A stretch of DNA of 63,446 nucleotides, the filler included, from Thermoplasmatota archaeon (GTDB taxonomy: Archaea > Thermoplasmatota > E2 > JACPAO01 > JAHFTW01): NCBI GenBank assembly GCA_041623215.1. It is 5 parts of 5 records of this genome, joined end to end, with 100 filler letters (N's around TTAATTAATTAA, not from the genome) between each part and the next. Parts side by side here need not be neighbours in the genome. Positions count along the whole stretch, not along the records: positions 26,702 to 39,341 come from JBFJXH010000047.1; positions 39,442 to 51,713 come from JBFJXH010000049.1; 3 more parts are not named here. One strand, given 5' to 3'. Position numbers and translations under genes: made by a program. The notes beneath the pieces are model-generated. The model was given only the letters and a program-made list of their open reading frames with translations. It was not told where the DNA came from and searched no databases. How positions within the stretch are numbered: position 1 is the first letter of the stretch; each line of letters opens with the position of its first letter. This document shows positions 29,701 to 39,649 of this stretch, in pieces.

Positions 29701-31074
29701 TAGAAGGAAATCCGAGTCGCTACTGGCGTCCGTAGGGTCTGTGCGGTGCAGGAATTCATCCAGGTTGGATAGGCCATCCATGTCGCGGTCATGTCGTGCG
29801 TCCTGAGGATCACCGGGGCTTAGGCCATAGGTTGCCTCCCATTCGTCGGGCATACCGTCGCCGTCTGCGTCGAGGTCATTGGCGCTCACGAGACCGTCGC
29901 CATCGAGGTCCTGGTCCCAGGATGGCTCGTCGCCGTCCAAGATGGAGTCGCCGTCCGTGTCCTTGGCGCCGGGCGACACCTGGCCGCCGGAGCGGGTCAA
30001 CTCTTCGCCATCGAGCAAGCCGTCGCCGTCGCTGTCTGCATCTCGGATGTTGGGAATACCGTCTCCATCAAGGTCATCCAAGTGGCCATCGGGGCCGAGT
30101 AAATCCTGCCAAAAGGCGTACTCCGTATTGTCGTCGAGACCGTCACCTGTCCCTGGACGGCGTAGATCGGCTTCGTTCTCGAGGGCCGTGGTCGACCGAG
30201 GTGAAGGACACGACAAGGCATCGCTAATACAATCACTGTCCCGGTATTCTGGGAAGGTGTCACTATGAAAGAATTCGAAGCCATCGTGGAGACCATCGTT
30301 GTCGCTGTCCAATTCATGGATATTCCAAATGCCGTCTTTGTCAGTGTCGCGCACGCGGTCTGAATCGAAAGGAGCGTAGCCTGGTGCCCGCGCGTCGTCG
30401 TTGGTTGGATCATTCCAATAGCGCACCTCGTCGCCATCTTGCCAAAGGTCGCCGCCCACGCCGGTCGCGGGATCTGACTCGTAGTCCTTGCAATGGTGTG
30501 CTTCAGCCATGCCGGCGGGCAATGGGATGGCTTCCGAGACCGGCAGGCAGATCGGGATGAGTTGCCACCGGAATTCGTCCAGATTGGTCAATCCATCATC
30601 GTCCAAGTCGCCCGCTGCCTCGATGACCTCCCCGGACCAGCGCTGCCAATTTTCGTGCCATCGGTCGCCCATCCCGTCTGCGTTTTCATCTGCCGCACCG
30701 ATGCGCTGCATCACCACATCGCGGTCATCGTCGAGGGGAGGAGATGCCAGTTTCTTGATGCAAGTTGGTTTGGCCGGGTCCACGCCGTGGGCCGCAAGCA
30801 GGGCGGTGCCTTCTTGTGGCGCGCCTCGCGGCAATTGCCACGCTTCAATGCCAAAAAGCGGCGGCAACTCTTGATTCTCGTGCAGAATTTCCCCCTCGGG
30901 CGAGATGTAGAGATCCTGCATGAACCACGTCCACCAGTTGTCATTGGGGATGCACAATCCGTCGCTGGTCAGTTCTTCGCCTACCGCGATGCTGGGTTGG
31001 ATGGGTGAAAAGGAGAAGGTCAGCATCGAGCATGCCAAGGCGAACACCAGAGCGCGTGAAGGACTCATGCCCAC
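26702..31074 (-). CDS. Giant secreted Ca-binding repeat protein (TSP3-like DxDxDG repeats), 3'-truncated at the contig edge
   Basis: Signal peptide, then about 40-45 DxDxDG-type motifs by eye, many in GTDP..DSDGDGLxDGxE units. More than 1450 aa with no stop before the gap. Confidence 0.9.
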
Positions 31075-31161
31075 GACATACGTGGGTGATTCCTAACCCC
31101 CCATGAACGGCCCCTGGCCTGTGCAAACTCATGCACCGGCTTGCCCGACGGCGCTGTTAGA

Positions 31162-33186
31162 CTACCGCTGCCTGGTGCGCCGAAGGACGCTGCCGAGCAG
31201 GATTACAGCACCGGCAACAACCAGGTTAACGCCAGGACTTTCCACATGGGCGGCTTCATCAAGCGTGTCCCCGCCCGCTTGCTCGTCCACCGTCACGACG
31301 ACGCGCTGGAGGGCCGTTGCAATGGGCTTGGTTCCTTGTGCTTGCAGCATCAGATCGGCCTGCTGGGTGGCATCGGCGGGCGGTGACACGGTTAGCACAA
31401 TGGTGGCGGTTTCATGCGGTTCCACGGTGAGCTTCGTTGGCGCCAGGGTGGCCCACTGGGAGCCGGTGCCAGAGACGGACAATTCGAATGTATCCGCCTC
31501 GTTTTGGTGATTTGCTAGTTCGACTTCGATGGCGAGGCTCTTGCCCGGAGCGACCGCCATCTCGGGTGTTCGCACGGAGAGGTCAATCAAGCCGCCAAAG
31601 ACATCGTCCACCGGGTCGGCGTAGTCGCGAAGAGGCAATTTGGCAAACGCTCCTGGCTCAATCACGGGCACGTCGACGGTCGTGAAGGTTCCCGGCCCAG
31701 CGTTGTAGGTGCTGATTTCCAGAAACAGTTGCGACCCGTGGACATACGGCAAACGGCCGGCATCGGAAGTTAGCACCAAGTCCCCCTGAAGCCGCAGGGA
31801 ATCGCCCGGCGACAAATCCACCGGGGCGGTAGTGGCCAGCAGTGCCAATTCGGTGACGTCGAAATCCCAGTACGGATTTTCTCCCCCGTCCTGCGCAGGC
31901 GTCAGGTACAACAGGCGGGCGTCGGCCGTGGCTGACAGCAGTCCCGCAGGGGCAGTAATGGTGGCATCCAGAAGCCCGGTCCCGTCAGTAAAATCGAGAC
32001 CCATGCCGAGACCCGGTTGCAAGGGCAAACGCCACTGATACTTGGTGTCGTCACCGGTATTCCACAGGTAGGCGCGAAGTGGCTCGCCGTCGTCCAAGGG
32101 ATCCACATCAATGGCATTCATCCAGATGTCCTGGCCAAACGTGGCGCCAACCGCCGACATGGCTGCAGCCGGCGTTTCATCCGCGTGGTTCGCGTGAAGC
32201 CAAACCGTGTCGTGGTGGCCGCCCGGTTGCGCAACCTCAGGGTAGTGAATGCCCACATCCAGGCGACCGGTGCCGCCCGGGCCCGCCAATTCGACGCGAA
32301 CGGTCTCCGTAGCACCGTGACGATGCCCGAACGTGGTTGAAATCACCACTGGCGCTGTAACAACTTCGCCGGCTGCGAGGTGAAGTTTCTCCATCGGCAA
32401 CCGGACGGACCAGGTGTTGGGTCCACCCGACGCTGACAGCGTGTATGTGCCAGCCTGCCCAGCCACCGCTGATAGCTCGTAAACAAACGTCGTCGCTTCT
32501 CCATTACTCATGCGCATGGGGGCTTGCGAACCCAGACGGACCGAGCCACTTTGTTCCAACCCGGTGAGCATTGTGTAGCTCACGCCGCCGTCATCCGGCA
32601 TCCGGTCCATGAGGTGAACGGGCGACGAAATCTCCTGGCCGGGCAAGTGAATGTCGAGGGAAGTCCATCGCGATTCGCTGACGACGTACATTTCATCGAG
32701 GGTTTCCCCAAGACCTGGTGACGCGCCTTGGCTATCCCGAATCAGGGCCCGCGGCAGCAGCACGGTGACCCCGTTACCCGACAGCTTAGCTTCGAGGTCC
32801 TGCAGTTGGCGCCACTCTTTCCCGTCCACGCTGTGATGCAATTCAGCATACGTGTAACGGCCGTCAATCAAGGCATAGCGCGCCGATTCGATTCTGTAGT
32901 AGGAATCTCCGTAGACCCAGTTGATGTGCATGATGGCGTTTTCAGGAAAGGCGCTGGCCTCGCCGCCGAATTCCACTTCGAAGGTTAATTGGTCCGTTGT
33001 TTCGCCCAGCGTTGCCCCGACCAAGTCCAGCGCAGCGAGGCCTGGCACCGGAGCCGCTTGTCCTTGCCCCACGGCGACCACATCGTCGGCGGGGTCGGAA
33101 ACGAACTCGCCTTGTTGCCCCGTGACGCCAGGGACGAGCAGGGCGCAAACGAAGGTGAAAGTTGCTAGCCACGCGACGTGATTCAT
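31162..33186 (-). CDS. Secreted Ig-like multi-domain surface protein with PGF-CTERM-like anchor
   Basis: Signal peptide, DPADD motif, COG1470/NEW3-like module (VEPHETATIVLTVSPP), C-terminal ESPG + TM + RRTRQR. Confidence 0.78.
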   Translation of the reverse strand: MNHVAWLATFTFVCALLVPGVTGQQGEFVSDPADDVVAVGQGQAAPVPGLAALDLVGATLGETTDQLTFEVEFGGEASAFPENAIMHINWVYGDSYYRIESARYALIDGRYTYAELHHSVDGKEWRQLQDLEAKLSGNGVTVLLPRALIRDSQGASPGLGETLDEMYVVSESRWTSLDIHLPGQEISSPVHLMDRMPDDGGVSYTMLTGLEQSGSVRLGSQAPMRMSNGEATTFVYELSAVAGQAGTYTLSASGGPNTWSVRLPMEKLHLAAGEVVTAPVVISTTFGHRHGATETVRVELAGPGGTGRLDVGIHYPEVAQPGGHHDTVWLHANHADETPAAAMSAVGATFGQDIWMNAIDVDPLDDGEPLRAYLWNTGDDTKYQWRLPLQPGLGMGLDFTDGTGLLDATITAPAGLLSATADARLLYLTPAQDGGENPYWDFDVTELALLATTAPVDLSPGDSLRLQGDLVLTSDAGRLPYVHGSQLFLEISTYNAGPGTFTTVDVPVIEPGAFAKLPLRDYADPVDDVFGGLIDLSVRTPEMAVAPGKSLAIEVELANHQNEADTFELSVSGTGSQWATLAPTKLTVEPHETATIVLTVSPPADATQQADLMLQAQGTKPIATALQRVVVTVDEQAGGDTLDEAAHVESPGVNLVVAGAVILLGSVLRRTRQR

Positions 33187-33267
33187 GGTTCCAACGCGGT
33201 GGAGGCCTTTTCATGCATTTTGGTGCTGATGACGGTTCTCGGCTTACCGCTTCGGGGGCGTCAAGCG

Positions 33268-34758
33268 TTACAAACGATTCAACTGCCGAGCCACAACGCT
33301 GTCCAACCGTTGCAGAAATGCCTGTTCGTCTTTAGTGGGAATGGTGGCCCCTGCGGCCCCCTTGTGGCCGCCGCCCACGCCCCCGACACCGGATGCCGCC
33401 TCGCGCATCGCCGTGGCTAAGTCAATGCCGGCATCCTGCAAGGCCTGAGGCGCACGGCCGGAGACCTTGGTGTGCCCAGCATCAGCGTAGGCGAGGCCGA
33501 CGAGGGCCAAGTCACCCCGCACATGGGCCCCGCCGCCAAGCGCCATGCCGCAGGCAATGCCCACAACTGTGTCTTTCACGTCCCGCTCCAGGTGCACCCA
33601 TTGGATGCCTTGCAGGTTGGTCATTTCGTGGCGCGCAAACGCTTGCATGGCCCCCACGAGATGGCGACGGTGGCCGCTAAGAAGCTCCAACGCTTCCTGG
33701 TAGCTCGCTTTTCGGTCGCCCGCCGCGACCGCCAAGCCGACTTCCGGCTTGCCATAACGCGCTGTGCTGTTGAGAAGCGTAGCAAACGCTTGGGCCTCCC
33801 GCACCGGTGATTGCGGTTCTTCGTTGGGAAACAGGATGACTTGGCGCCACAACCGGCCCACGTCGTCGGGGCTCCAACCAACGTCCAGCGCATGGTCCAC
33901 CACCGCCGAGCGGAAGCGGTACTTCTCCGCCTCGTTCAGGCTGTTCCACGTGCGAACCTTTCCCTCCGGCGTTGTCCACGGGATGGCAAGATCCGTTGCC
34001 AAGGACTCTGCGACACGCCCGTCAGCTAGTCCTGGAATCGCGGGGTCGCAGAAGCGGAAGAAGGCGCCGAGGTCGCGTGTTTCGATGCCAAACCAAGCCA
34101 GGTCCACCAAGACGCTGACTTGGCCTTCCGCACGGGCGGCGGCCAAAAGCGCTGCATTACATCCATGCAATTCGCCGTCTCGTCTGTCTTGCAAATCGGC
34201 TGTAGCCCCCACCAAGGCCAGCGGGCGAAGGTCGTGATTGGCGGCGTCCATTGCCTCGGCGACGAGGTAAGCGCACCCGGCGCCACTGATGGAATCACCT
34301 GGCAAGTCATCAAGCAGCGGATTGACGTGCGGAAACGACTCTTCCGTTCCATCGCGGACTAATTCGTGGTGATCGCAAACGACCTTGTTGCCCGGCAAGC
34401 GCATGTAGGCGGTCGAGCCAAAGTCACACAACCAGAGAACAGGGTCAAGCGACGAGGACGCCGTCATGCGCTCATTGAGGCGCGCGATGTGGGCGTCGTC
34501 CAGGGACTTGCATGCCACAGTTTCAAAGGAGATACCGGCACGTGCCAGCGCCTCTGCCGCGACCGCTCCTGCCGACACGCCATCAGCGTCAATGTGATGC
34601 GCGACCACCACATGTGCGGCCGTGCCAACAAGCGCCGCCGCGGCCTTGGCACGTCGAGTCAAGCACCCCGGCACTGCGGCGAGCTCTGCCTCCGCATCCT
34701 CCGTAACCAATGACGCTGAAGTCGGGGCAGAGGGGCCATCCTGCACCTGGGCGGGCAC
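33268..34758 (-). CDS. DHH-family phosphoesterase, archaeal RecJ/GAN (Cdc45)-like
   Basis: HHIDADG, CDFG, DHHE, GATADLQD, KVSGR and DHHA1 motif GGGHKGAAGATI. Start uncertain. Confidence 0.9.
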   Translation of the reverse strand: MPAQVQDGPSAPTSASLVTEDAEAELAAVPGCLTRRAKAAAALVGTAAHVVVAHHIDADGVSAGAVAAEALARAGISFETVACKSLDDAHIARLNERMTASSSLDPVLWLCDFGSTAYMRLPGNKVVCDHHELVRDGTEESFPHVNPLLDDLPGDSISGAGCAYLVAEAMDAANHDLRPLALVGATADLQDRRDGELHGCNAALLAAARAEGQVSVLVDLAWFGIETRDLGAFFRFCDPAIPGLADGRVAESLATDLAIPWTTPEGKVRTWNSLNEAEKYRFRSAVVDHALDVGWSPDDVGRLWRQVILFPNEEPQSPVREAQAFATLLNSTARYGKPEVGLAVAAGDRKASYQEALELLSGHRRHLVGAMQAFARHEMTNLQGIQWVHLERDVKDTVVGIACGMALGGGAHVRGDLALVGLAYADAGHTKVSGRAPQALQDAGIDLATAMREAASGVGGVGGGHKGAAGATIPTKDEQAFLQRLDSVVARQLNRL

Positions 34759-34803
34759 AGGAAGGGCAACGCCGTTGCCATTTTACGTCCACGCCCCCCA
34801 TCA

Positions 34804-35682
34804 ATGAACGTGCAGCAAAACGCGTCCACAGCCCTCAAGGCGCTGATCTTCTGCTTACTGGTGAGTGCAGGGCTGTCGCTGCTACCCTCGGCATCAGGCC
34901 AACAAGAACAACTGGTGGCCGTTGACATCCAAGCCCCGTCGTCCATCCAAGTCGTTCGGGACGAGGCGGTACGATTCGAAGTGACCATCGTCAATCCAAC
35001 CTCGAACCCCAATCCGGCGGTCGTGCAAGTGGATGCCGTCAACGTCCCGCGCGGCTGGCAAACGACGTGGGACCCATCCACGTTGACGCTAGCGGGTGGC
35101 GAGCAGGCAACGGTTCTAGTCACCGTGATGGCGGGCTCCGACGCGACACCGGGACAGCACGCCTTCACGTTGGTCGCCGTGGCCACGCAAGGACAAGAGC
35201 CGCTGGTTGCCACGGCGGAGGACCGTGCCGATGTGAACGTGGTTCTCAGCGAAAGCGGCCTGGAGGCAATTCGCCACGATATTGGTGACACGGGCCTGCT
35301 GCTTCTTGCCGGCATCGCCGCGCTTGTTATCGCAATCCCGGCCGTCATGGCCTGGCGTCGCCGCGCCGGTGGCATCGAATTATCGGCGCCCGACGCCATC
35401 ATTGACCTTGGCGGAGGACAAACCGCTCTGGTCCCTGTGCACGTGCGAAACCGTAGCAGTCGCGATGACCAAGTGCACCTAGCGGTGAGTGGCCCCCCCA
35501 GCACTTGGACGGCGACCATCAATCGCGATGAATTGAACCTGCGAGGCAAACGGTCCGCCGCCATCGAACTAACGGTGAAGACCCCCAAGAACGCCAAGGG
35601 CCGCCACCATGTGGTGGTCGCCGCCAGCAGTCAAAATGCCACGCGCGACGCTGTGCTAGATCTCATCATTCAGATTCGCTGA
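34804..35682 (+). CDS. Membrane protein with two COG1470/NEW3-like Ig domains either side of a TM helix
   Basis: Signal peptide, NVPRGWQTT..TLAGGEQATV, TM + RRR, second module GPPSTWTAT. Confidence 0.75.
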   Translation: MNVQQNASTALKALIFCLLVSAGLSLLPSASGQQEQLVAVDIQAPSSIQVVRDEAVRFEVTIVNPTSNPNPAVVQVDAVNVPRGWQTTWDPSTLTLAGGEQATVLVTVMAGSDATPGQHAFTLVAVATQGQEPLVATAEDRADVNVVLSESGLEAIRHDIGDTGLLLLAGIAALVIAIPAVMAWRRRAGGIELSAPDAIIDLGGGQTALVPVHVRNRSSRDDQVHLAVSGPPSTWTATINRDELNLRGKRSAAIELTVKTPKNAKGRHHVVVAASSQNATRDAVLDLIIQIR

Positions 35683-35823
35683 AGCCTCCGGTCTTCAACC
35701 GCCGCACGGGGAATGCAAGAGCGGCTCCGCGTGGCAAGCCGCGTGCAGCATGGAATCTGCGGGGGCACAAGCTAGGGCTTGGCCCCCCGCCATGCTCAAA
35801 CCCTCAGCCCTGGTGGCCGACCC

Positions 35824-38676
35824 GTGGACCCGCAGCTTGCCGCCATGTTCGACCTGGCTTTTTTCCACGACAACGGCTTCTCTCGCCGCGACTGCAGCGA
35901 ATGTGGCAACGCGTTCTGGAGTCTCGACGCCGAGCGCGACAATTGCGGCGATTCCACCTGCACGGAGTACAGCTTCCTTGGCAAGCCGCTATCCTCCAAG
36001 ACGATGGACCTTGGGGCCATGCGGGAAGCCTTCCTAGCCTTCTGGGAAACCAAGGGGCACCGGTGCGTCCCCCGCAACCCTGTCGTGGCCCGATGGCGCG
36101 ACGACATTTACCTCAACATTGCCAGCATCGCCAACTATCAGCCACACGTCACATCCGGCGACTGCCCGCCGCCCGCCAACCCGCTCGTTGTGTCGCAGCC
36201 CTGTATTCGCCTCAACGACTTGGCCAATATCGGCCGCTCCGGCCGCCACTTTTCCTGCTTCGAAATGATGGGCCACCACGCCTTCAACGATGCCACGCGG
36301 CCAGCCGATGAAGGGTGGGGCGACCATTATTGGACCGAAGAATGCGTCGCCGGAGGGCATGAATTTCTGACCGACATTCTGGGGCTCGAACCGACCAGCC
36401 TTACGTACGTAGAATCAGAGTGGGCCGGAGGCGGCAACGCCGGTCCCTGCTTCGAGGTCTTCGCAGGTGGACTGGAAGTAGCCACCCTGGTCTTCATGTG
36501 CCTGGAAGAGGCCGAAGATGGCGAATTCGACATTAAGGGCGAAAGCTACCGGATGATGCCGCTTCGAATCATTGACACGGGATGGGGCCTTGAGCGCCTA
36601 GCATGGGCTAGTACCGGAACGCCAAGCGCCTACGAGACGGTGTTTCCAGACACCTTGTCGGACCTACGCCAACGGGCCACGGTTGCAATTGCCGACGACG
36701 AACGAGCGCGCAGCATCATTGCCATGCACGCCCGAGTCCAAGGAGTATTGAATCTCGATGTGGGCATGAAGCTCGACAAGCTCCGTGGCGAAGTGGTTGA
36801 ACGCTTGGCGGCCCACGACATTGAAACCACGGTGGCCGAACTCGAAGCAATCATGGGGCCCGTGGAGACCCTGTACGGCTTGGCGGACCACCTGCGATGT
36901 CTCTCTTTCATGGTGGGCGACGGCCTCGTTCCTGGCAACGTCAAGGCAGGCTATCTCATGCGCCTCATGTTCCGCCGCGCCTTCCGCTTCGCAAAGGACC
37001 TAGGCATCGAGGCGCCGCTATCGGAACTGCTTGCCGCCAACATGGAGCGCATGACCAAGGAATTCCCTGACTTTGCGGCAGCAATCCCCCGGGCAAAGGA
37101 AATGGCCGACCTTGAGGCCCAGCGCCACGATGAAAGTAAAGCACGCGGCCTGCGGCTCGTTGAGCGCGTCTTACAGAAGAGCAAATCAATGGACACGGAG
37201 CAATTGCTGGACCTCTACGACACCCACGGACTGGGCCCCCACACGGTCGCCGAGGCTGCCGCAGCACACGGTGTCACCATTGATGTCCCGGACGACTTTG
37301 ACATGCTCTTGGCAGAACGCCACAGCAAGGAAAAGAAGGCAAAAGTCGCGCGGATTATCCCCGACGAAATCCCGGCCACTCGGCTCACCTTCTACGAAGC
37401 CCAGGATGTCCAAGTCTTCGACGCGCTCGTGCAATGGGTAGGCGAAGTGGACGACCATCCTGCCTGCGTGCTCGATCAAACCGCGTTCTTCTGGGACACT
37501 GGCGGCCAGCCCGGCGACCAGGGCGTCCTGAAGACTGACGATGGCGAGGTCCGCGTCCTAGGAATGAAAAAGGACGGTGACCACGCCATCCACTTGCTCG
37601 AATCTCCCGTCGAACTAGGAAGCACCGTGGAAGGGGTGGTCGATTGGGAACTTCGGATGGACCATACCCGAAGCCACACGGCAACCCACATCATGAACCA
37701 AACGGTGCGGCGCGTGCTGGGGCCCCATTCTTGGCAAGCAGGGACGCAAAAGTACCGCGACTGTGCACGCGTTGACATGAGCCACTTCCGCCGCCCCAAC
37801 AGTGAGGAATTGGCAGAGATTGAACGTCTTGCCAATTGGGTGGTCTTGGCCGGAGCCCCCGTGACGCGAACGTGGTGGCAACGCACCGAAGCTGAGGCGC
37901 ACTATGGCTTCAGTTTGCTACAAGGGGGCATTCCCAAGGGCCGCGATGTTCGTGTCGTCGAAATTGGTGCCGTGCCGCGACCGCCGGCCGCTGGCAGCGG
38001 CCCCAACGAATACGATGCGTTTGACTGGGACGGGCCCTTTGACACCGAGTATTGCGGCGGTACCCATTGCGACGCGACGCACCAAGTAGGCCCCATCAAG
38101 TTGTGGCGAACGGAGCGCGTCCAAGATGGTGTTGAACGCTTCGAGTATTCCGCCGGGCTTCACGCGGCCAAGCGTTGGCAACAGGACGAAGCAACACTCC
38201 GCGCGGCCGCCGACGCTTTGAGCGTAGCCCCCGCCGAAGTCCCCGCTGCGGCGGCGCGTTTCTTTGCCGAATGGAAGGAGCGTGGCAAGCTGCTGGACGA
38301 AGTGCAGGGACAATTGGCTGAGCTCAAAGCGCAAGTTGCCGGCGATGCAGCCGAGCGAGTCAACGGCGTGCGCATTGTATCCCAAGACGACTTGCAACCC
38401 GGAGCGCTGCAAGAAACCGCCAAGAATCTCATCCAGGAAGGTAGCACCATTGCGCTTCTGGCTGCGCCGGCCGGGGACCAAGTACGACTCCTGTTTGCGC
38501 GCTCCAGCGACGTTGACGTGGACATGGGTTCCGTCCTGCGAGATGCCGCTGCACTCATGGGTGGCAAGGGCGGCGGACGGCCTGACTTCGCTCAAGGTGC
38601 CGGCGCCGCGCCGGACAAGCTGGGCGCAGCCCTAGCGGCCGCCGGGGATGCGGTGCGAGCCAGTCTGACCAAGTAG
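35824..38676 (+). CDS. alaS: Alanine--tRNA ligase (archaeal type)
   Basis: N-terminal CSEC..C..C, PVVARWRDD, IDTGWGLERL, editing domain HTATH and CGGTH, GKGGGRPDFAQG. Start 35824 (GTG) or 35845. Confidence 0.97.
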   Translation: MDPQLAAMFDLAFFHDNGFSRRDCSECGNAFWSLDAERDNCGDSTCTEYSFLGKPLSSKTMDLGAMREAFLAFWETKGHRCVPRNPVVARWRDDIYLNIASIANYQPHVTSGDCPPPANPLVVSQPCIRLNDLANIGRSGRHFSCFEMMGHHAFNDATRPADEGWGDHYWTEECVAGGHEFLTDILGLEPTSLTYVESEWAGGGNAGPCFEVFAGGLEVATLVFMCLEEAEDGEFDIKGESYRMMPLRIIDTGWGLERLAWASTGTPSAYETVFPDTLSDLRQRATVAIADDERARSIIAMHARVQGVLNLDVGMKLDKLRGEVVERLAAHDIETTVAELEAIMGPVETLYGLADHLRCLSFMVGDGLVPGNVKAGYLMRLMFRRAFRFAKDLGIEAPLSELLAANMERMTKEFPDFAAAIPRAKEMADLEAQRHDESKARGLRLVERVLQKSKSMDTEQLLDLYDTHGLGPHTVAEAAAAHGVTIDVPDDFDMLLAERHSKEKKAKVARIIPDEIPATRLTFYEAQDVQVFDALVQWVGEVDDHPACVLDQTAFFWDTGGQPGDQGVLKTDDGEVRVLGMKKDGDHAIHLLESPVELGSTVEGVVDWELRMDHTRSHTATHIMNQTVRRVLGPHSWQAGTQKYRDCARVDMSHFRRPNSEELAEIERLANWVVLAGAPVTRTWWQRTEAEAHYGFSLLQGGIPKGRDVRVVEIGAVPRPPAAGSGPNEYDAFDWDGPFDTEYCGGTHCDATHQVGPIKLWRTERVQDGVERFEYSAGLHAAKRWQQDEATLRAAADALSVAPAEVPAAAARFFAEWKERGKLLDEVQGQLAELKAQVAGDAAERVNGVRIVSQDDLQPGALQETAKNLIQEGSTIALLAAPAGDQVRLLFARSSDVDVDMGSVLRDAAALMGGKGGGRPDFAQGAGAAPDKLGAALAAAGDAVRASLTK

Positions 38677-38725
38677 GGCGCCAACGCCCGCTTGCCGAAA
38701 GGCAAGGTCCGCCACGAAGGTCGAC

Positions 38726-39130
38726 CTAAACGCTCGGTCGCCCGCCTTCCATCCACCCTGCGTCCGGCGGCGAGTCATCTTGCGCAAGGCGCATCCAATA
38801 ATTCCAGGAGCTGGGGCCGCTGCACCGGGCCGGGTAGAATTGGTCGTCCATGTACACACGGACGTCTTGTGGCGATAGGCCCTGTTGTTCGTAATGTGCC
38901 CGAAGCCGTTGCTCGGCCTGCGGCCAGCGCTCAAACGCTTCGCGCGGTCGGCCGGCCTGACTTTCGTCGTCGCCCACGAGCCACGCCGGCTCGTTGCATT
39001 GGACGCCTTTTTGCACCCACCAAACCCCCGACGAGGAGCCTTGTCCGCCGGCGCCCGCGTCATCCGTCGCGCAGCCGGCCAACAGGGATGTGGCAAGTAG
39101 GAGCAGGGGGAGCATCCAGGTCGTGCGCAT
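38726..39130 (-). CDS. Small hypothetical lipoprotein
   Basis: MRTTWMLPLLLLATSLLAGC lipobox, then QCNEPAW. Confidence 0.7.
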   Translation of the reverse strand: MRTTWMLPLLLLATSLLAGCATDDAGAGGQGSSSGVWWVQKGVQCNEPAWLVGDDESQAGRPREAFERWPQAEQRLRAHYEQQGLSPQDVRVYMDDQFYPARCSGPSSWNYWMRLAQDDSPPDAGWMEGGRPSV

Positions 39131-39215
39131 CGAGCGCCATGCGGCTAACGAATCCATAATCCTTGGCCCCCGCGTGACCTACCACAAGACGGGCGAATCA
39201 AGGACCGCTGGCTCT

Positions 39216-39341
39216 ATGAGGCGAGCACCAAATCCGCTGGGCAAGGGCCAATGTGCTGCCGTTAAGCCGGAAGGCAACAAGTGTCAAGCGTTTGCCAAGA
39301 GCGGCTCGAAGTATTGTGCAGCGCACCAAGGCTACCGACCC
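39216..39341 (+). CDS. Small C3H zinc-finger-like protein, N-terminal fragment (contig edge)
   Basis: QCAAVKPEGNKCQAFAKSGSKYCAAHQG (C-x9-C-x10-C-x2-H). Confidence 0.6.
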
Positions 39342-39441
39342 NNNNNNNNNNNNNNNNNNNNNNNNNNNNNNNNNNNNNNNNNNNNTTAATTAATTAANNN
39401 NNNNNNNNNNNNNNNNNNNNNNNNNNNNNNNNNNNNNNNNN
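39342..39441. other. Artificial contig linker
   Basis: N-TTAATTAATTAA-N. Confidence 0.98.
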
Positions 39442-39510
39442 CTACGGGATTCGAACCCGTGGTAGGCGGGTTAAAAGCCCGCTGCCCTGACCTAGCTAGG
39501 CTAAGGGCCC
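39442..39510 (-). tRNA. tRNA-Lys(UUU), 3' acceptor strand truncated by the contig end
   Basis: Minus strand: GGGCCCT-TA-GCCTAGCTAGGTCAGGGC-A-GCGGG CTTTTAA CCCGC-CTACC-ACGGG TTCGAAT CCCGT-AG. Anticodon TTT, no intron. Confidence 0.93.
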
Positions 39511-39649
39511 AAGGGGGGAGTGGCCGGCGACTTGGCAGTTGTTTTTGACGTTGCCGGGCGGTAGTGGCCTGCGTTGGCGTGCGCCGCCCCGGGGGTCGTG
39601 CCCCGTTGCGCACGGGATTGGCCTCCTGGCGGGCCCCGGCTGCAGCCTG

